Shown here: one piece after another, positions 1 through 14,463 of the stretch | Layout of the letters: each line of letters starts with the position of its first letter | Position numbering within the stretch: the stretch's first letter is position 1 | Source of the DNA: Vicugna vicugna | Taxonomy: Eukaryota | Reading direction: 5' to 3' | DNA length: 64,000 nt | NCBI GenBank assembly: GCA_013265495.1 | Contig: MU061578.1 | Location: 4,165,308-4,229,307 of the forward strand | Program-made: the position numbers and the translations under genes | Notes under the pieces: model-generated | What the model was told of the DNA's origin: nothing | Seen by the model: only the letters and a program-made list of their open reading frames with translations | Databases searched by the model: none

Positions 1-16
1 AGAAGGCCCCCCTGCC

Positions 17-120
17 TTTCCTATCAGGAAACACATCCTGTTAGTGTCTGGCTGCTATTTGTTGCGGTTGGCTACGCCCTCCAGCTCACCAAAAACAGCC
101 TCAAAAACAACCATTTCCTC
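17..120 (+). promoter_or_regulatory. TMEM204 proximal promoter with ETS/GATA/FOX:ETS motifs
   Basis: CTATCA (GATA, 21-26), CAGGAAA (25-31), ACATCCTGTTA = TAACAGGATGT on minus (33-43), ATTTCCT (~113-119); lies about 600 nt upstream of the TMEM204 ATG. Confidence 0.5.
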
Positions 121-155
121 TCTGCTGAGAGACACTGGGAAAACGCAGGCGCGAG

Positions 156-177
156 ACACACACACACACACACACAC
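156..177. repeat. (AC)11 microsatellite
   Basis: Read directly from the sequence. Confidence 0.95.
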
Positions 178-593
178 TCACGCGCACACGCTCTCGCTCG
201 CCCTGCAGCTGCCGTCTGTCTGCTTTCCAGGACCAGCTGTTCCGTGGCGGAGGCACCCGCAGGGGCTCAGGGAGCAGAGAGGCCGCCGACGCTTGCTCTT
301 TCCCGCGGACCTGCTCAGAGTCCGGCTCCACGTTGGTCCTGAGAGCGAGGCCCAGGCGTCCCACGCTGGATTCCTGCTCTTCCTCGGCCTCCGCCTCCCA
401 GGAAGACGGCGCACTCACGACTCTGGACTCTCCCTGGTGCCCCTGCTTCCTCCCCGGGATGGGCAGCTCTGCGGGCTTCAGCTCAGGCCTGGCCCTGCTC
501 CAGGTGCAGGAAGGAGGGTAAGGAGGGCCGTGAGGCAGGCTCACCTGCACCTGTCGCTTGGGCCTTCGCGACACCTCCAAGCATGAGCGGTGA

Positions 594-1034
<441 letters not shown>

Positions 1035-4000
1035 TGATGAGGGAGGGATGCTCTGCTCCCAGAGGCGACCATGGCCCTTGGGGACCCAGGCAAGCCCGGA
1101 GCTCCATGCCTGCCCTGCCCTGGCCCCTTTGTGACACAGTTCTTCCAGTGCAGGAGTGGGGCTTTTTTCTCTGCCGTTATGCAGAGCTAAAGGAAGGATA
1201 CATTAACCAAACCAAGGAAAATACACTTTTTCCTGGTGGAAAATAAAGATTGTTAACAAGTAAAATAAACAAGAAGTTTAAAAACATGTGGCTGGGTTCC
1301 GACTTTATCCCATAGTCGTCAGGGTCACAAGGCTGTGGGCAGTGCAGAGGGAGACCTTCTGGGGACTCGTTGTAGGTGGGACATCCAGAGGAGACTGGGG
1401 GACTGGACCCTTCAGAGGGCGAAGAGCCAGCTCAGGCAAGCAGAGCCCTGGCTCCCTCCACCCAGCAGTCTTTTCTGGACCCTGCTTCGTCACGTCCAGC
1501 ACCGGGTCTGCGTATGGCTCTGGAAGATGGGAACTTGACTTTGAACGCAGGGTCAGGTTTGAGTGTATGGGAGGGAAGGCTCGTAAATATGAAGACGCTG
1601 GCCACCTGACATGTCATCTACACAGTCACAGTGGCCAATGGGCAAAGGTCTCCCCTGAGATGACCCTTTAAAACTGCTATGAGGGTGTAACTGACAGGCC
1701 GTGTCACCCATGCTGAAGACAACACGTGTTCACAAAAACGTGGGCTCTGGATGGGTCTCTGCAGGCTGCTTTCAGAGGGCACACCTCACCCAACACAGGT
1801 GTGACGTGCCTGGTGTGAATGTCCCCAACCTGCTGTGTGCTCGGAACCCTGACCTGCGAGGGAACCGGGTGGGGGACTCTCTCTCTACTTCACAGGGAAA
1901 GGAGGCATGTGGCTCATCTGAGGTCCCTTTGCACACAGAACCCCGCGCTGCACAACAAGGGGTCTTCTGTCAGGAGTGGCTGGTATGCTAGCCCCTTACC
2001 GTTCCCCTCAACCCCCACCTCGTTTGCAAGCAGAGAGCCACAATCTCTCTTAAAAAAGTCAAAGAACCCGAATGACTTCAACCTTTTCAGTGAGCTCTCA
2101 GAACCAGAGGCCTGTGGGAAGCTGGGTAAATCAGCTGAACTTGGGTCTCTGTGACCTGTTGGTCGGAGTGGTCCCTCTGGGCCCTGAGACTATTCTTAGG
2201 ACCAGTGAAAGCCAGCGACCATGTGGCTCCGCGTGACCCTCGCCTCTCCCAACCTCCTGTGTGTGCAGTGTCCCATGTGGGCCCAGCCCCTGCCCTGGGC
2301 CCAAGGCCTCCTGCCATGACCCCCAGTGCCACACAGATGCCCACTCCGGGTGTCCCTCCCCTCCATCCTCTTGCTAAGCCAGGTCACATCAGGCCAGGAA
2401 GACATGGGCTGGGATGTGCTTTGCGTCCAGCCCCCCAGATCCACCCTGCCAGGTGTCCCGAGTGCCCCGCTGGCCTGCCCTCATTTGCTGTCCCTCCTCA
2501 ACCATCTGATATGCCTCTTGAACTGCCTTTAAAACAGCCTCCTGTCGTTAACGTGGCATTTGTGGCAGCTGACCCTTAACGATACCCTGAGCATCATCAG
2601 ATTCTTTTCCAAAACAAGGGAAAACGTCTACAGAGCTTCTTGTGAGTTGAGTGAATGATGACCCTAGTGCTGACAACCTTCTCACCAGTTCCCTGGGACT
2701 GTGCACTGCTGCCCCTGCAGGTCCTGAGCTGGGGACTTGTGGCCTTGTTTCTGGACCTACCGCCTTGCTAACTTTTATGAAAAACCTCAGCCCAGGCTTT
2801 GCCCACCATGGTCCAGCCTCCAGCCGGGCTAGAGATGGGAAGGAGGAGAGGGCGACCTTGTCCCTGAAATCACCCGTTCTATCCATCCCGAGCTCCATCT
2901 GGGGGCACCAAGGGGGCGCGACTTGTGCTGCATCCCCGGAGAGCCAGGCCATCATAGAGATTGCAAACATCACATAGGTGGCCAGGGCAGCCCTTGGGGG
3001 CAGCAGACATGATCCTGATGGCTCTGTGCCCAAGTCCTGGCAATGCCTGCGGAACCAAGCCAGACCCACCTGGCACCATTGGGCAAACACCTCATCACGT
3101 CATGAGCTCTGGTCAGGGCGTCCCAAGCATGATGCATCAGGGAACAAGGCCTGGTCCAGGTCTCCCAGCTGCCCCCAGGTCATGCTTGGTCCAGTCCTGG
3201 AGGACAGGGCCCTCCCCACACACTGGGTCCCTGGGCATGTGGGGCGGCAGTGACTTTGTTACTGACCAGGTTGGAAGTCTGAGAAACTCATAGCCCAAGT
3301 TGGGGGTCAGTCTTGCTTTCTAGTCCTGATTCTCTCTGCCACTTTTCATCTCTCCATGTTTCCTGAATTCTGTCAGCACCCAAATCCTTTCCCCAAAGTG
3401 AGGCGGGACATGAATAAATACATAATTAAATCTCCTTGAGACTCCTCCCTGCCGCAAGGTGATCACTGCTCTCTGTCTCCTGAGAAGGCAGGCCCACATG
3501 GCGCTGGGTGGGGACAGGACTGTGTGCACCATGGACAGCCTGGCCAGGAGACACTAGAGCCACATTCTCATGGGGCTCTTTAAAATCCAGTGCTGCAGCC
3601 TAGGCTATGCACACAGGAAGTGTGAGAAGCGGTCAAATGCCCGGACTTGGTGGGTGCTAGCAAGGACAAGGCCCCTCTGGGTGGTCCAGATGAGAGAGTC
3701 TTCTGCCTCATGCTTTACATCCTCTGAGATCTCGGATACCATAGAGCCTTGGACACCTGGTGGCCTGTCAGAGGCCCCTGCACAGTGGCTCGGAGGGTGG
3801 GGTTGCCACACAGAGCACTGATCTGGTATGTGGCACAGGGTTGTGCACTCAGAGCCGCCAGGGCCACTAGGAGAGCAGGGCGGTGGGCCCCACGTGGGAG
3901 TCTCAGCTGCATGGCCTCAGGGCGCCACCACCCACACCCTGCACCGCAGACACTCCTGGCACAGCCAGTCCATTCTCGCACGTCTTTCCTGGCCTGCGAG

Positions 4001-4804
4001 GCTGAGCCTCGAAAACCGGAAGGACTTTTCTGGGCCTGGCCATGAATCCCAGCACTCCGCTCTCTGTGCTGTGGACATCCTTTGCGCTTTAACAGCCCTC
4101 ATCTCTGAAGCCCATGGGGCATGTGCAGTGCCTGAGCATCACAGGCAGCATCACGCCCAGGCAGAGGCGCCATCTCTGTCTGTCTGTCTGTCTGTCTTTC
4201 TGTGAATGCTCCTTGGGCCCTTGGTGCCGGATTCAGGCTACTCTGACCTCCCAGCAGCCCAGGGCGTCTGCCCTACAGTTCTGCCCGTGTCTACACCAGC
4301 CTCCGAGCTGGTGGTGCCGCCCCCAGGCCTGAGCAGCCAAGTCAACTGAGGCCTGGGATCGAGGAAAGGCCCAGCTGACCCTCTGTGGGGAAGTGGCACA
4401 GCGCCTCCACTGGACTCCGCAAGCGCTAAATGTGAATGCCGCCTACCCACCGCAGAGCATGAATCAGATACCATCACCCCTGAAGCCTGGGTTGGGTGGG
4501 GGCTACTTTTACAGTCTGGAAGGACCATGGGGAAGGGGCCTGACTTCATGGCAGACAGCTCTGCCACCCAGCATATAGGGAAACTGTTTTCCCTGATGGA
4601 CCTCTCGGTGACACCCCACCGCCCCCACCTTTGCAGTTGGTCCTTGGGGCTGCCCATCCGCCCTCTGCCCTGTGTACGTGAACGCCTTGCTCTGGGATGG
4701 GGTGCAGGTGGGGGTCGGGAAGGGGGCTGGGAGGCTCGATGAGACGAGGGAGGAGTCCCAGGAGGGGCAGGGAGCCCCTCCTGGAGCAGCCCCCTCAGTG
4801 TTGA

Positions 4805-5017
<213 letters not shown>

Positions 5018-8000
5018 TAGGCAAGCTGTGGCTTCTAAAGTCATGGCGACCCCCCTGGGTCACCTCCCACCCCACCTGCCACTGTGGGCAGAAGCAAAAC
5101 AGAAACACACTGGGGCTGAGCACTGAGGGGAACCAGATAAGTTTGTGTCTGTTTCCACGAGGCCCCTGGCCCTTCCCGTCTAAGACAGGGTGCCAGCACT
5201 TGGGGTGACGTGCTTTGCTTTCCAAAGTCTTCAGCATCTGGTGTGTCCTTTGCTGCTCTTCAGCCCGTGTGGCAGGCGTCCTGGGTTCATGTTGCTCCCG
5301 TGAGGCTGCAGCAGCCTGCCGTCAGCACAGAGGCACATGGGCCAAAGGGGAGCACCCATCTGAGCCCCAGCTTCCACTGCCATCCTGGCTAACAGTGGAT
5401 GGGGAGTCCAGGGCACACATGTGGTTCCCAGCTGGGCATCTGCATGCTCGGTTATAAAGGCAGCTGCCTGGGGCCCGGATGGGGTCAGCAAGGCCCTCCC
5501 TGGTGAGCAGCACAGACAAAGCTTGGAGAATCCGCTGGCTTAGGACCCCCCAACCCCCCAGCACACAGGGATGTACAGGCAGCACCACGAGGAGACACCC
5601 AACCTCTTGCATTGTCACATGAGCAAGTTTGTGGCGGCGCAGGCCGAGACCAGCGACGCCTTGGACCATCAGTGAACGGCCCCTTAGGAACAAGCAGGAA
5701 GCCCCCTCAGCCTCTGGGGTCGACAGCAGGGTGAAACGGTCTGGGCCTGGGAGCGCTGCCAGCTTCAGAAGGCAAGAGTGGCATCGTCATGAACCGTGAA
5801 TGGAACTGTTCCCGGAGTCTCTGCACAGTGGTCACAGGAGCCACAGAGGCTGGCCACCCCGGACCCGGGAGTAGAGGGGCACCCTGCTGGTTCTCCTCCA
5901 CCACTGCCCTGTCTCACTGGCCCAGGTTTAAGGATCATGGGAACCTGGGAGCTCAGGTTCTCTGCTGCCTACGGGGGACAGTTAGATGGGTGGACCGTGG
6001 GGCAGAGGAAGCCTGGGGCATCAGCAGCCGACCGCCGGCCATTCCCATGGTGAAGGTTGCCCATCCCAACTGTGAAGGTCCAGCACGCACGCGGTGGGAG
6101 AACGGCAGGAAGTCTGAGTGACTCACTCGGGGAATAATGGATCCCAGCCCTTATCTTTCTGGAGGAAAGCAATTTCCAGAATGTGGCTGACAGGCTGGCA
6201 GGTACTCCTGTGCTGGAAAGTGCTCAGGTGGGAATCGGAAATGGGCCCTATTAATAGAAGGAGGCATGGTCCTGGGCCAGTCACTTCCCCGAGACTGGTC
6301 GGACTGGGTTGCAAAAGCCCACTTGGCCGAGGCCCAGGAGAGAGCACAGGCTTTGATGTCAAGAAAACTGGAGCCGCATCCCAGCTCCAGCACCCACTGT
6401 CCCCGCGGATGGGGCAAAGCCACACTTCAGCTCACCCGGCTGGAAAACGGGGTTGATTGTGAGAGTTAACGAGACACGTGATACGGGATCTTGGCCCCTG
6501 CCTCCTCCTTCCTCCAGGGCTGCGGGGAGAAACGCAGACATTCCACAGTGGGAAAGCCACCCACGGCCCTCGACCTCAGAACTATAAACAGAAACGGTTT
6601 CCTTGGCCTCACTGAAACTACCCGTCTGGCTCACGTGGGATTATCTGAAATTCCATCCCTTCAAGAAGGAAGTGGAAGATTTTGAAAACGTGACTGGAAA
6701 CGCTGGATTAAAAACAGATATTTTAGCGGCACTAAAGAAATGAAAGTAAGTTTCTGATTCTGAAAGCAACCCTATCTAGGACAGGATGATCAGGTCTTTC
6801 TTAAGAAATTTGAGCCACTTATTTAGAATTATTAGAAGAAACGTAGTTTAATGTCAAAACTGACATTTTACTTCTTGCAAACTCTTGTTTCAGAGCAAAA
6901 TAGTGTTGCTTTCAAACAACAATTTTTAAAAAGTTGAAACAGGGGCACCCCTATTAACTAAAATCAAACTGTTTTGCAGTGGCTGGGAGAGGGGCGCTGC
7001 CCAAGGGTTCACAGCGCGGGGTGGCGGTGGGGTGGCAGCTGGGCAGCTGTCCTGGCCAGGTTGGGCTGGGGGCCTGTGCTCCCCTCCTGAGTATTTCCAG
7101 ACCAGCACAGCCTCTGGAAAGGCTGGACCAGGCTTTGTAAAAACTGTCAGGCAGGCAGAAGCCAACGGAAAAAACCAGAAGCCCTGAGCGACACCTGTGG
7201 CATTTCGGACGTCCCTCTGCCTCCACAGGCCCCTCTCCCCCCGGGTGTCCGACCGCCACCCCCAGCGGGTCTGCTGTGCCCGAAGAGGAAACGCAGTCGG
7301 CCTGTTTAGACTCATTTCATTGACAAACAGAACAGAACGCAGCCCTGCGCCTTCCTTCTATCACACTGCTAATTTTAGAGTTAGGTTTTTTCCTGTGCTC
7401 CGGTCTGTTTTAAACAGTCAGGGAGAGACTGGAGGGCGCCAGGATATCCTGTCCCAGGAGGGGAAATGCCTGCTAGTACCTGTTATGCAAGAGAACCTTG
7501 AGTCCCCAGTGCTGGGGCCAGAGAGTGGGCAGGCGGGAGAGGTGCTCATAAAAGGGGGAAGCACGCGGGTTCCCCAGGAGGCCGGGAAGGCTAGGACCAG
7601 CCGGAGACAGCAATACCCCAGCGGGTGGGGACTCGAGGCGGGTGGGGACTTGAGGCCGGCTGCTCGCTCATTCATCCCACGGCCAGTCTGGGTGCAGGTC
7701 CACACTCGCATATTGCCTGGCCCGGGTCTGTGAAAACTTGGCCCTCTGTTGCTCAAAGCTGCAGCTCCAAAGGATCCCACCCCAGACACCAGGGAGGACC
7801 ACAGGAAACACTGTTCTCGCAGGTTGACAACGTGGCCATCAGCCGTTTCTCTGGTTTGCTCTACTGAGCTCAGGCCACCACACACTAATTCTTTATGGAG
7901 TTTACCAAGTGTAATTTCAATTTACCTTCAAGTTGCAAAAATTCCTTTCAGTCCCTTACTTCACCCCCAGCACGAGCTGGATACCCTTTGAAAGGACCAC

Positions 8001-11000
8001 GCACACTTGGACACAGCCTGGGCCTGAGGCTAAGCCCCGCTGAGCGCCAAGCAGGCCTCACTGCATGTGCCCAGGAGACAGCACAGCCACCACAGAGCAG
8101 CTATCCGCTGCCTCCTGGCCTAGCCAGCCCCTCCTCCAGGCAGGAGCTCCTCAGGTCCAGCCGTGAAGGATGACTTCAAGGGCGGAGTTTACCTGGACCT
8201 TGTGGGATGTCATGTCTGCTGGCTTCCTCTCTCCACTCTGGAAACCCTATGATATTTTTCTTATGATGAAGAACTTACAGACACACTCAGGGCCCCTTAC
8301 TCCATGCCCCTGAGGACGCTGACTTTATTATCCTCAAAGATCAATTAGGGGGATAAAAGGTGGCTGTCTTGGCCTCTTGTGAGCTGCTGGGGATTCTGCT
8401 ATTTTCTTAGACCTTCTTGAAGGAATACACAACTTTGTGTTTTTATAGTAAAGCAGTACTTCACTTGGCCTTGGGTGACTCGCTTTCCTATCCTTTGGGC
8501 CCCTGCCCACCACACTCCCATGGCTTCTTCTCTCCCACTCTCTGCTCAGGCACCACTTCAGAGCTTCAGCTCCCACCAAGCCAGTGAGCATGTCAGCTTC
8601 TCCCTCCCAGACCTTGTCCCTTAGGGAGAGGCTCACAGGTGTCGGAAACCCCAACCGCGGTCAAGTCTCGGATGCTCCAGACACATCTCCCTGGAAGCTG
8701 TGGCCAGTACAAGCTATGGACGCCGAGGTGGGTGCGCTGCATGAAGAGCTCAGTGCTCAGCCCCACGGTCTCCCACCCATGCCCTCCGTGTGCTGGACTC
8801 AAGAGGAAGGGCCTGTGACAGCCGGCGAGGCCCTAGGAAGCAGGCAGGAAGGAAGAGAGAGAGAGCGCTGGGAACCACACGGCCCGCAGCGGCCGGCTCA
8901 CAGGAAGGGGCTGTTTGCTTTGGAAACATAAGTTCATGAGGATGGAATCGACTCCACGTGCAGGAGTCAGTGTGTTTGCTGAAACTCTCCGCTTAGATTT
9001 GTTTCTGTACAAACGTTGACGGCACTGAGAGGTCTGGGGAGAAAACTCTTTGGGGACAACTCTGAGGAGAAAGGGGATCTTAATGTCAGGATGTGACAGA
9101 GATGGAGAACCCAAGGTTTCAGGAAAGCATATCAGAGTAAAAGGCTGGTTTGATTTGAGAAGGATGTGCACGCTTGGCGAGTATAGGCAGCCCCTGCCTC
9201 TCCGTCTGTGGCTTTCCACTGCTGACATGGGATACACGCACAGTCCCCACATCCCACGTGCCTGCTCAGTCCAGGCTGCCCCCGCTGGCCCAGGGCAGAG
9301 CCCACGTTTCCCTGTGCCAGCCCTGCCGTGACATCCACCCTTGGCCCAACACCTGGGCCCACTGTTCCAGTTGGTTCTTTGTATTTTCCTGCTGCAGGAA
9401 TAAACGTATTTTTTTAATGTTAGGGAAACAAACCCCTTCTCTGACTGTTTGTGTTCCAAGTTGAACTAAAATCAAGCTAAAGCCAACACTGGTCTTTATA
9501 CAGAATAAAGTCACGTAGATGTAAATTTGGGTGACTTTTCTTCACACTGGGGTACAGAACTAGACTTTTCCTTCCTACTTCTCCTGGAGAGAAAAAAAAG
9601 AAAGGCCAGCAAGAATGTGCAGGCTCTGAGTGACGCCAGCTAGAGAATGAACACCCAAACTGCTTGAAACTAGTCCATGCCACTCACTGTTGAACCCTTG
9701 AAAAACTGTTTGCAGGACGAAGGACGAAAGAGCTGGGACTCAGCTTGTTCATTTCACTTTGTCAAAGTCGCTCCATAAGGCTCCGTATTCATGCTGGCCC
9801 ATCATCTCCATCACTTTTCCCACTGCGTTTCCAGAACGTGGCTGTGCTGCCTTTGTGCACATGAATTCTCACTTCTTTCATCTTGTAACATGAGAAACAG
9901 TCCTCTCCATTGTAGGTGATACAGCTGAACATATGGAGGAAGTAATAAACAGAGTAAAAGGGCAACAAAAGAACAGCCTGCCCTATTTCCAAAAAACCTG
10001 CGATATGATCTTAAGAAAACAAGTAACAATGCAGTGAAGTAACCCTGAGATGCTGGCGGACGCAGGACTCAGGGCGGACGGCGGGGCCGCTCTCCCACAC
10101 ACACCCTGTGGAGGTTCCCCGCCTGGAGGGCCCAGTGGCCTCTCTGCGCTGCGGTCTGGTGTCAAAGGCCAGGGCAGCCCAATATCACCCTCCAGAGGGT
10201 TCCCCCAGCCTGTCCCCACACCAGCACATGCCTTCCCTACTCCCATACCACTGGTCCTAAATGCCTCCAACCGTGGTGGGTACCACTTCACAGTGATTAT
10301 TTCATCCTCATGCCCAAAGAGGAACGCCAGCCCCCTGAAGACAGTCGCCGTGCCTCGCCTGGAGCGTGCTGCCCCAGCACCGGCGGGGGGTGTGAACAGG
10401 CCCTCTGACACAGGCACTGTTAACCAGTGCAAGTGGGCACTTTGGGAAACAACGGTCCTCTTCCTGCTTTGTAAGGTGCCAGCACCGCAGCACCTGCACT
10501 GTGCTGAGTGGCGTCTACGCGATCCTTGCTCACAGTGTCCCGTCCCTCCGATGCCTTTTGGTCACTAGAAAGCTTAGGGGACTTGGCTGTGGAAGTGTTC
10601 ACACCTTCTTTCCCAGGGTCCTCAATGCGTTCATTCTATTCTGCATTACAGAGTGTACTTGGATTTGTCTCCGTTCCCTCTGCAGTCCTTAGGGGGCAGC
10701 CTTGGGGAGGCCGAGGTCAATGGGTGGGCCCACAGACACATGCTGTGACCGCCTAGCTGAGTGCTGACGGGTCTGGGGCAGGAGGACAGGAGGCTGCCCA
10801 CCCCATGACGGAGCACGGGGACAGTGGCACCAGGAAAGGTCTAGAGAGGGAGGAACATACGCCCAAGGAGCAAGGCACCAGCACACAGTGTGATGGAGAA
10901 GCGAGGCCAGACAGGTGGTCCAGTCAGGGAGACACGCCATGGACATGATGTGACCGGTAGGAGGAAGCACCTCTATAAGGTGACAGGCGCAGCCGTGGAA

Positions 11001-13641
11001 ACGTGGAAACCAGAGGCACACTGCCAGCATCTTGATGAGTTTCAGGAAGTGCTTGTTGATGGAAGAATCTAAAATGAGTTGTACTTCTGGAATACTCTAA
11101 ATGCTTTATTGTGCACCTTGTGTGCAAAGGACTCAGGAGATATGTGAGAACTGCTGAAGACACATGAGGGGACTCTGAGAAGCCCGTGCGCCCTGCTCCC
11201 GTCCCCGGCGATCGCTGCCCACTGGCCAAGCTTGTCTGAGCTGCACAGGGGAGCCCCTCTCCTTCCATGGCTGGCGTCCCAGCACCTCGTCTCCCACAGA
11301 CGTGAGTTTCAGACGTTGCTCATGTGGGTCACAGTCGTGTTTCCTGTGACGTGCAGGGATCTCACTCGGGCGCAGTCCTGGGAGTGGGTTGTGGGTCCCA
11401 GGGCCACACAGTGTGTCCCAGCTGTGCTCTGCCTCAGGCCAGGTCCAACTGGTCAAGGTCTGACCCGAACCCTAACCCTTCCAGTCCTGGGCCAGCTCCT
11501 TCAACCAGATCCTACAGTTCACAAATCTCTGTTGAAATGTAATGAATGCAATGAAATTCAAGGTCCTCTCTGTCTACCAGTGACGGGAACCAACCCCAAG
11601 CGGAGTGGCCCTGGAGGCCACGGGAAGCCCGGTTCCTCCCTCCGGTTCCCTTCTGATGAACGATGTTGCAGAACTGAGCTGAGGCCACGTAACAGATTTC
11701 TGAACGGTTCCTATAACGCGTACAACCCGAAAGAAGGCTTTAGTAGAAGGGAGCACAGGGGGCTGGCGTCTGATGAAAAGCAGCTTGGGTCAATTCCTTG
11801 CAGCTGCGTTGGTCCCCGACACCGCCCATCTGCTGGCCTTTCTCACTTGTCCAGAGGCTCCACCTGGCCTCGCTGGGCACCAGTCAGCCGGTGCTCTGAC
11901 CCTCTCCCCTCAGACACAGGCTGGCCTCCTACCTCACTCTCCCCTGTCCCATCCCACCCCCATCCTTCCAAGTCCTGTTGAAAGAAGGCATAACAAGCTC
12001 CCTGGCTGGCAAAAAATGTCCAAATACACAGTAAAAATGAGGGGAAACATAAAGTACTTTCATTTTCATTACACAAAACACAGGCCCTAACTCCTCTCCT
12101 CACTAACGCAAAACTTGGTGACACAAAATCATGGGCAGAGGACGTAGTCCTCTCTGGGAGAGCAGAATGCTAGAATTTTCTTCTTGTCAGTGTGCATGAC
12201 AAACAGAATTAGTTATTTTTAACAGAAAGGAAGTATCCAAAAGCTTTCCGTATATAAAAAGCTCCACAAAGTACCATGGAGAATTAGCACAGGGATTAGT
12301 CACTGTCACCATTGTTTAGGATGTGATCAAGGCAGATAAACGTTTAAGTCACACTTTCTGGAAGGCACAAAGATGGTGAGACTGTAATGCTTGTGTTTTG
12401 AGAAAACTCCAGCTAACCTATGACACGGCCATCAGAGCTGTCAGCTGGCGTCACTGCTGCCCTCTGCTTGGACTGTGCTGGGCTGCACAGGACCTGGTTT
12501 CCTGAGGAAAGCAGGGGAGGCCATGGGGGTGGGGGGACCAGCATGAACAGACGTGCGGATGTCACAGGGCAGGGCAGGTAGAGGGATGGCAGTGGGCAGC
12601 TCGGCCTGGCCAGAGCCAGGGCAGGGGATGTGGATGACTCTGGGAGGGACTGGAGAGCTCCCTCTGGGGTATTACATGTCCCAAGAACCTGTGTCCTTGT
12701 CAGCCACTTTGGGTTTCAAGGCACAGGCTCAGCCAGGTCACCACCACAGAGGGCGGGGTGCTGGCGGAGCAGCCAGGGAACTCTGGGCCCCCCAGCAAGT
12801 TAATGATCTCAGGGCACGAGGAGAGGCGGCCACGCGGACCAGCTTCCTGGGCAGCTTCTCCTCTGATCAAGCCATCAAGGTGTCCAGCCCACATTCAGGC
12901 CTAAACTCTCTCAAACATCATCCGCCAACAGATCCAGGGCATGAAATCCTGGTTTTCCTATTTTAAGAACTAATACAATCAAGTCTTTGGAGCTCCTAAA
13001 ACATGAAACTTTGAAAGCGACAATGTTATGGCATCCTCAGCTGACCTCGTGGGAACAGGCTAGTGTTAACGGGGCCTCAGCAAGACACTGTCTGCACTCC
13101 TGGACGGCCCCTGCCCACTCTGGTGTCACTTCGGAGAGAAATACACAGGGGACCGGGGTAGGGCGAGGGGGACATTCTAGAACCATCTGCATCTATTGAG
13201 AAGGGAGAGGAGAAACCCGTCCTCCCTGAGTGGGCAAGACCCTAGGCTGGCTCAAGTTTTGAAAGAAAATCTCTATCTCCTCTGGAAGCAAATACTAAGG
13301 ATAAGAAAACTTTTAGAAACAGGAATTCAAACTAAGTTAAATACCAATCTGAGTTGTTTCTAGATAAGACTTAGAAAACTTCTGCGCTCGCTTTCACTTT
13401 GAATAAATTAAGCATCTGCAAGTCGGAGAGAACCTTACACAGTCGGTACTGGACTGTTGGGTGAGGGAAGCTGGTGTCAGCGTCACTTAATGGGGAGGGC
13501 AGTAGGTCACAGGAAGGGCACGTGAGCCCCCTAGAAATTATCCAGGGCCAAGATTATGCAGATGCAATCCAAGCCCCTAACAGCCACCAGGCCCAGAGGT
13601 CCCACAAAAGGCAGCTTAGCCCTGAGGCACCGGCACCGTGA

Positions 13642-14001
<360 letters not shown>

Positions 14002-14457
14002 GGGTCACCGGGAGGCTGCTTGGGACTTCCCCCACCTTGGGGACAGTGGAGGAAGTAGGGTGCTGCCTGTGAGAAGCTGCGACCTACGTGGTTTCCTTAT
14101 AAACATATGTTCACTATGTTACACACCAACCCGGTGGGGATCTTATATCGCCCACGCCACCCGCCCCCTCCCACACTCACGCCCACTTCCTGCCGGCGCT
14201 GGGCCCTGGGAGCCCTGCACCTGAGAAGCACATGCACCTGGCACTCCGCCTGGGTCTGAGAGTAATTTATCCTGCACCTGCCAGGAGGGGCAGCCACAGT
14301 CATATTTACTTCGGTAAAGCAGAACTCGGGGAAGATTTTCTTGAACTGTCAGTGATCTTCCTCCAATGACTCAGAATTTATAGTCAGATGGTTACGGCTT
14401 TATGACAGGATTGTGTTAGTAATGTCCATTTTACTCCTGATTATTTTCCTAAGTTAA

Positions 14458-14463
14458 AATAAA
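14458..14463 (+). terminator. TMEM204: Probable TMEM204 polyadenylation signal
   Basis: AATAAA in an AT-rich stretch about 460 nt after the stop codon. Confidence 0.6.

Noticed and set aside
6666..6745. Possible cassette exon in TMEM204 intron 2 (donor AAA|GTAAGT at 6746)
   Set aside because: Only a weak AAG acceptor and no other support
11232..11981. 249-aa plus-strand ORF
   Set aside because: Non-ATG start, no domain-like features, intronic GC-rich chance ORF
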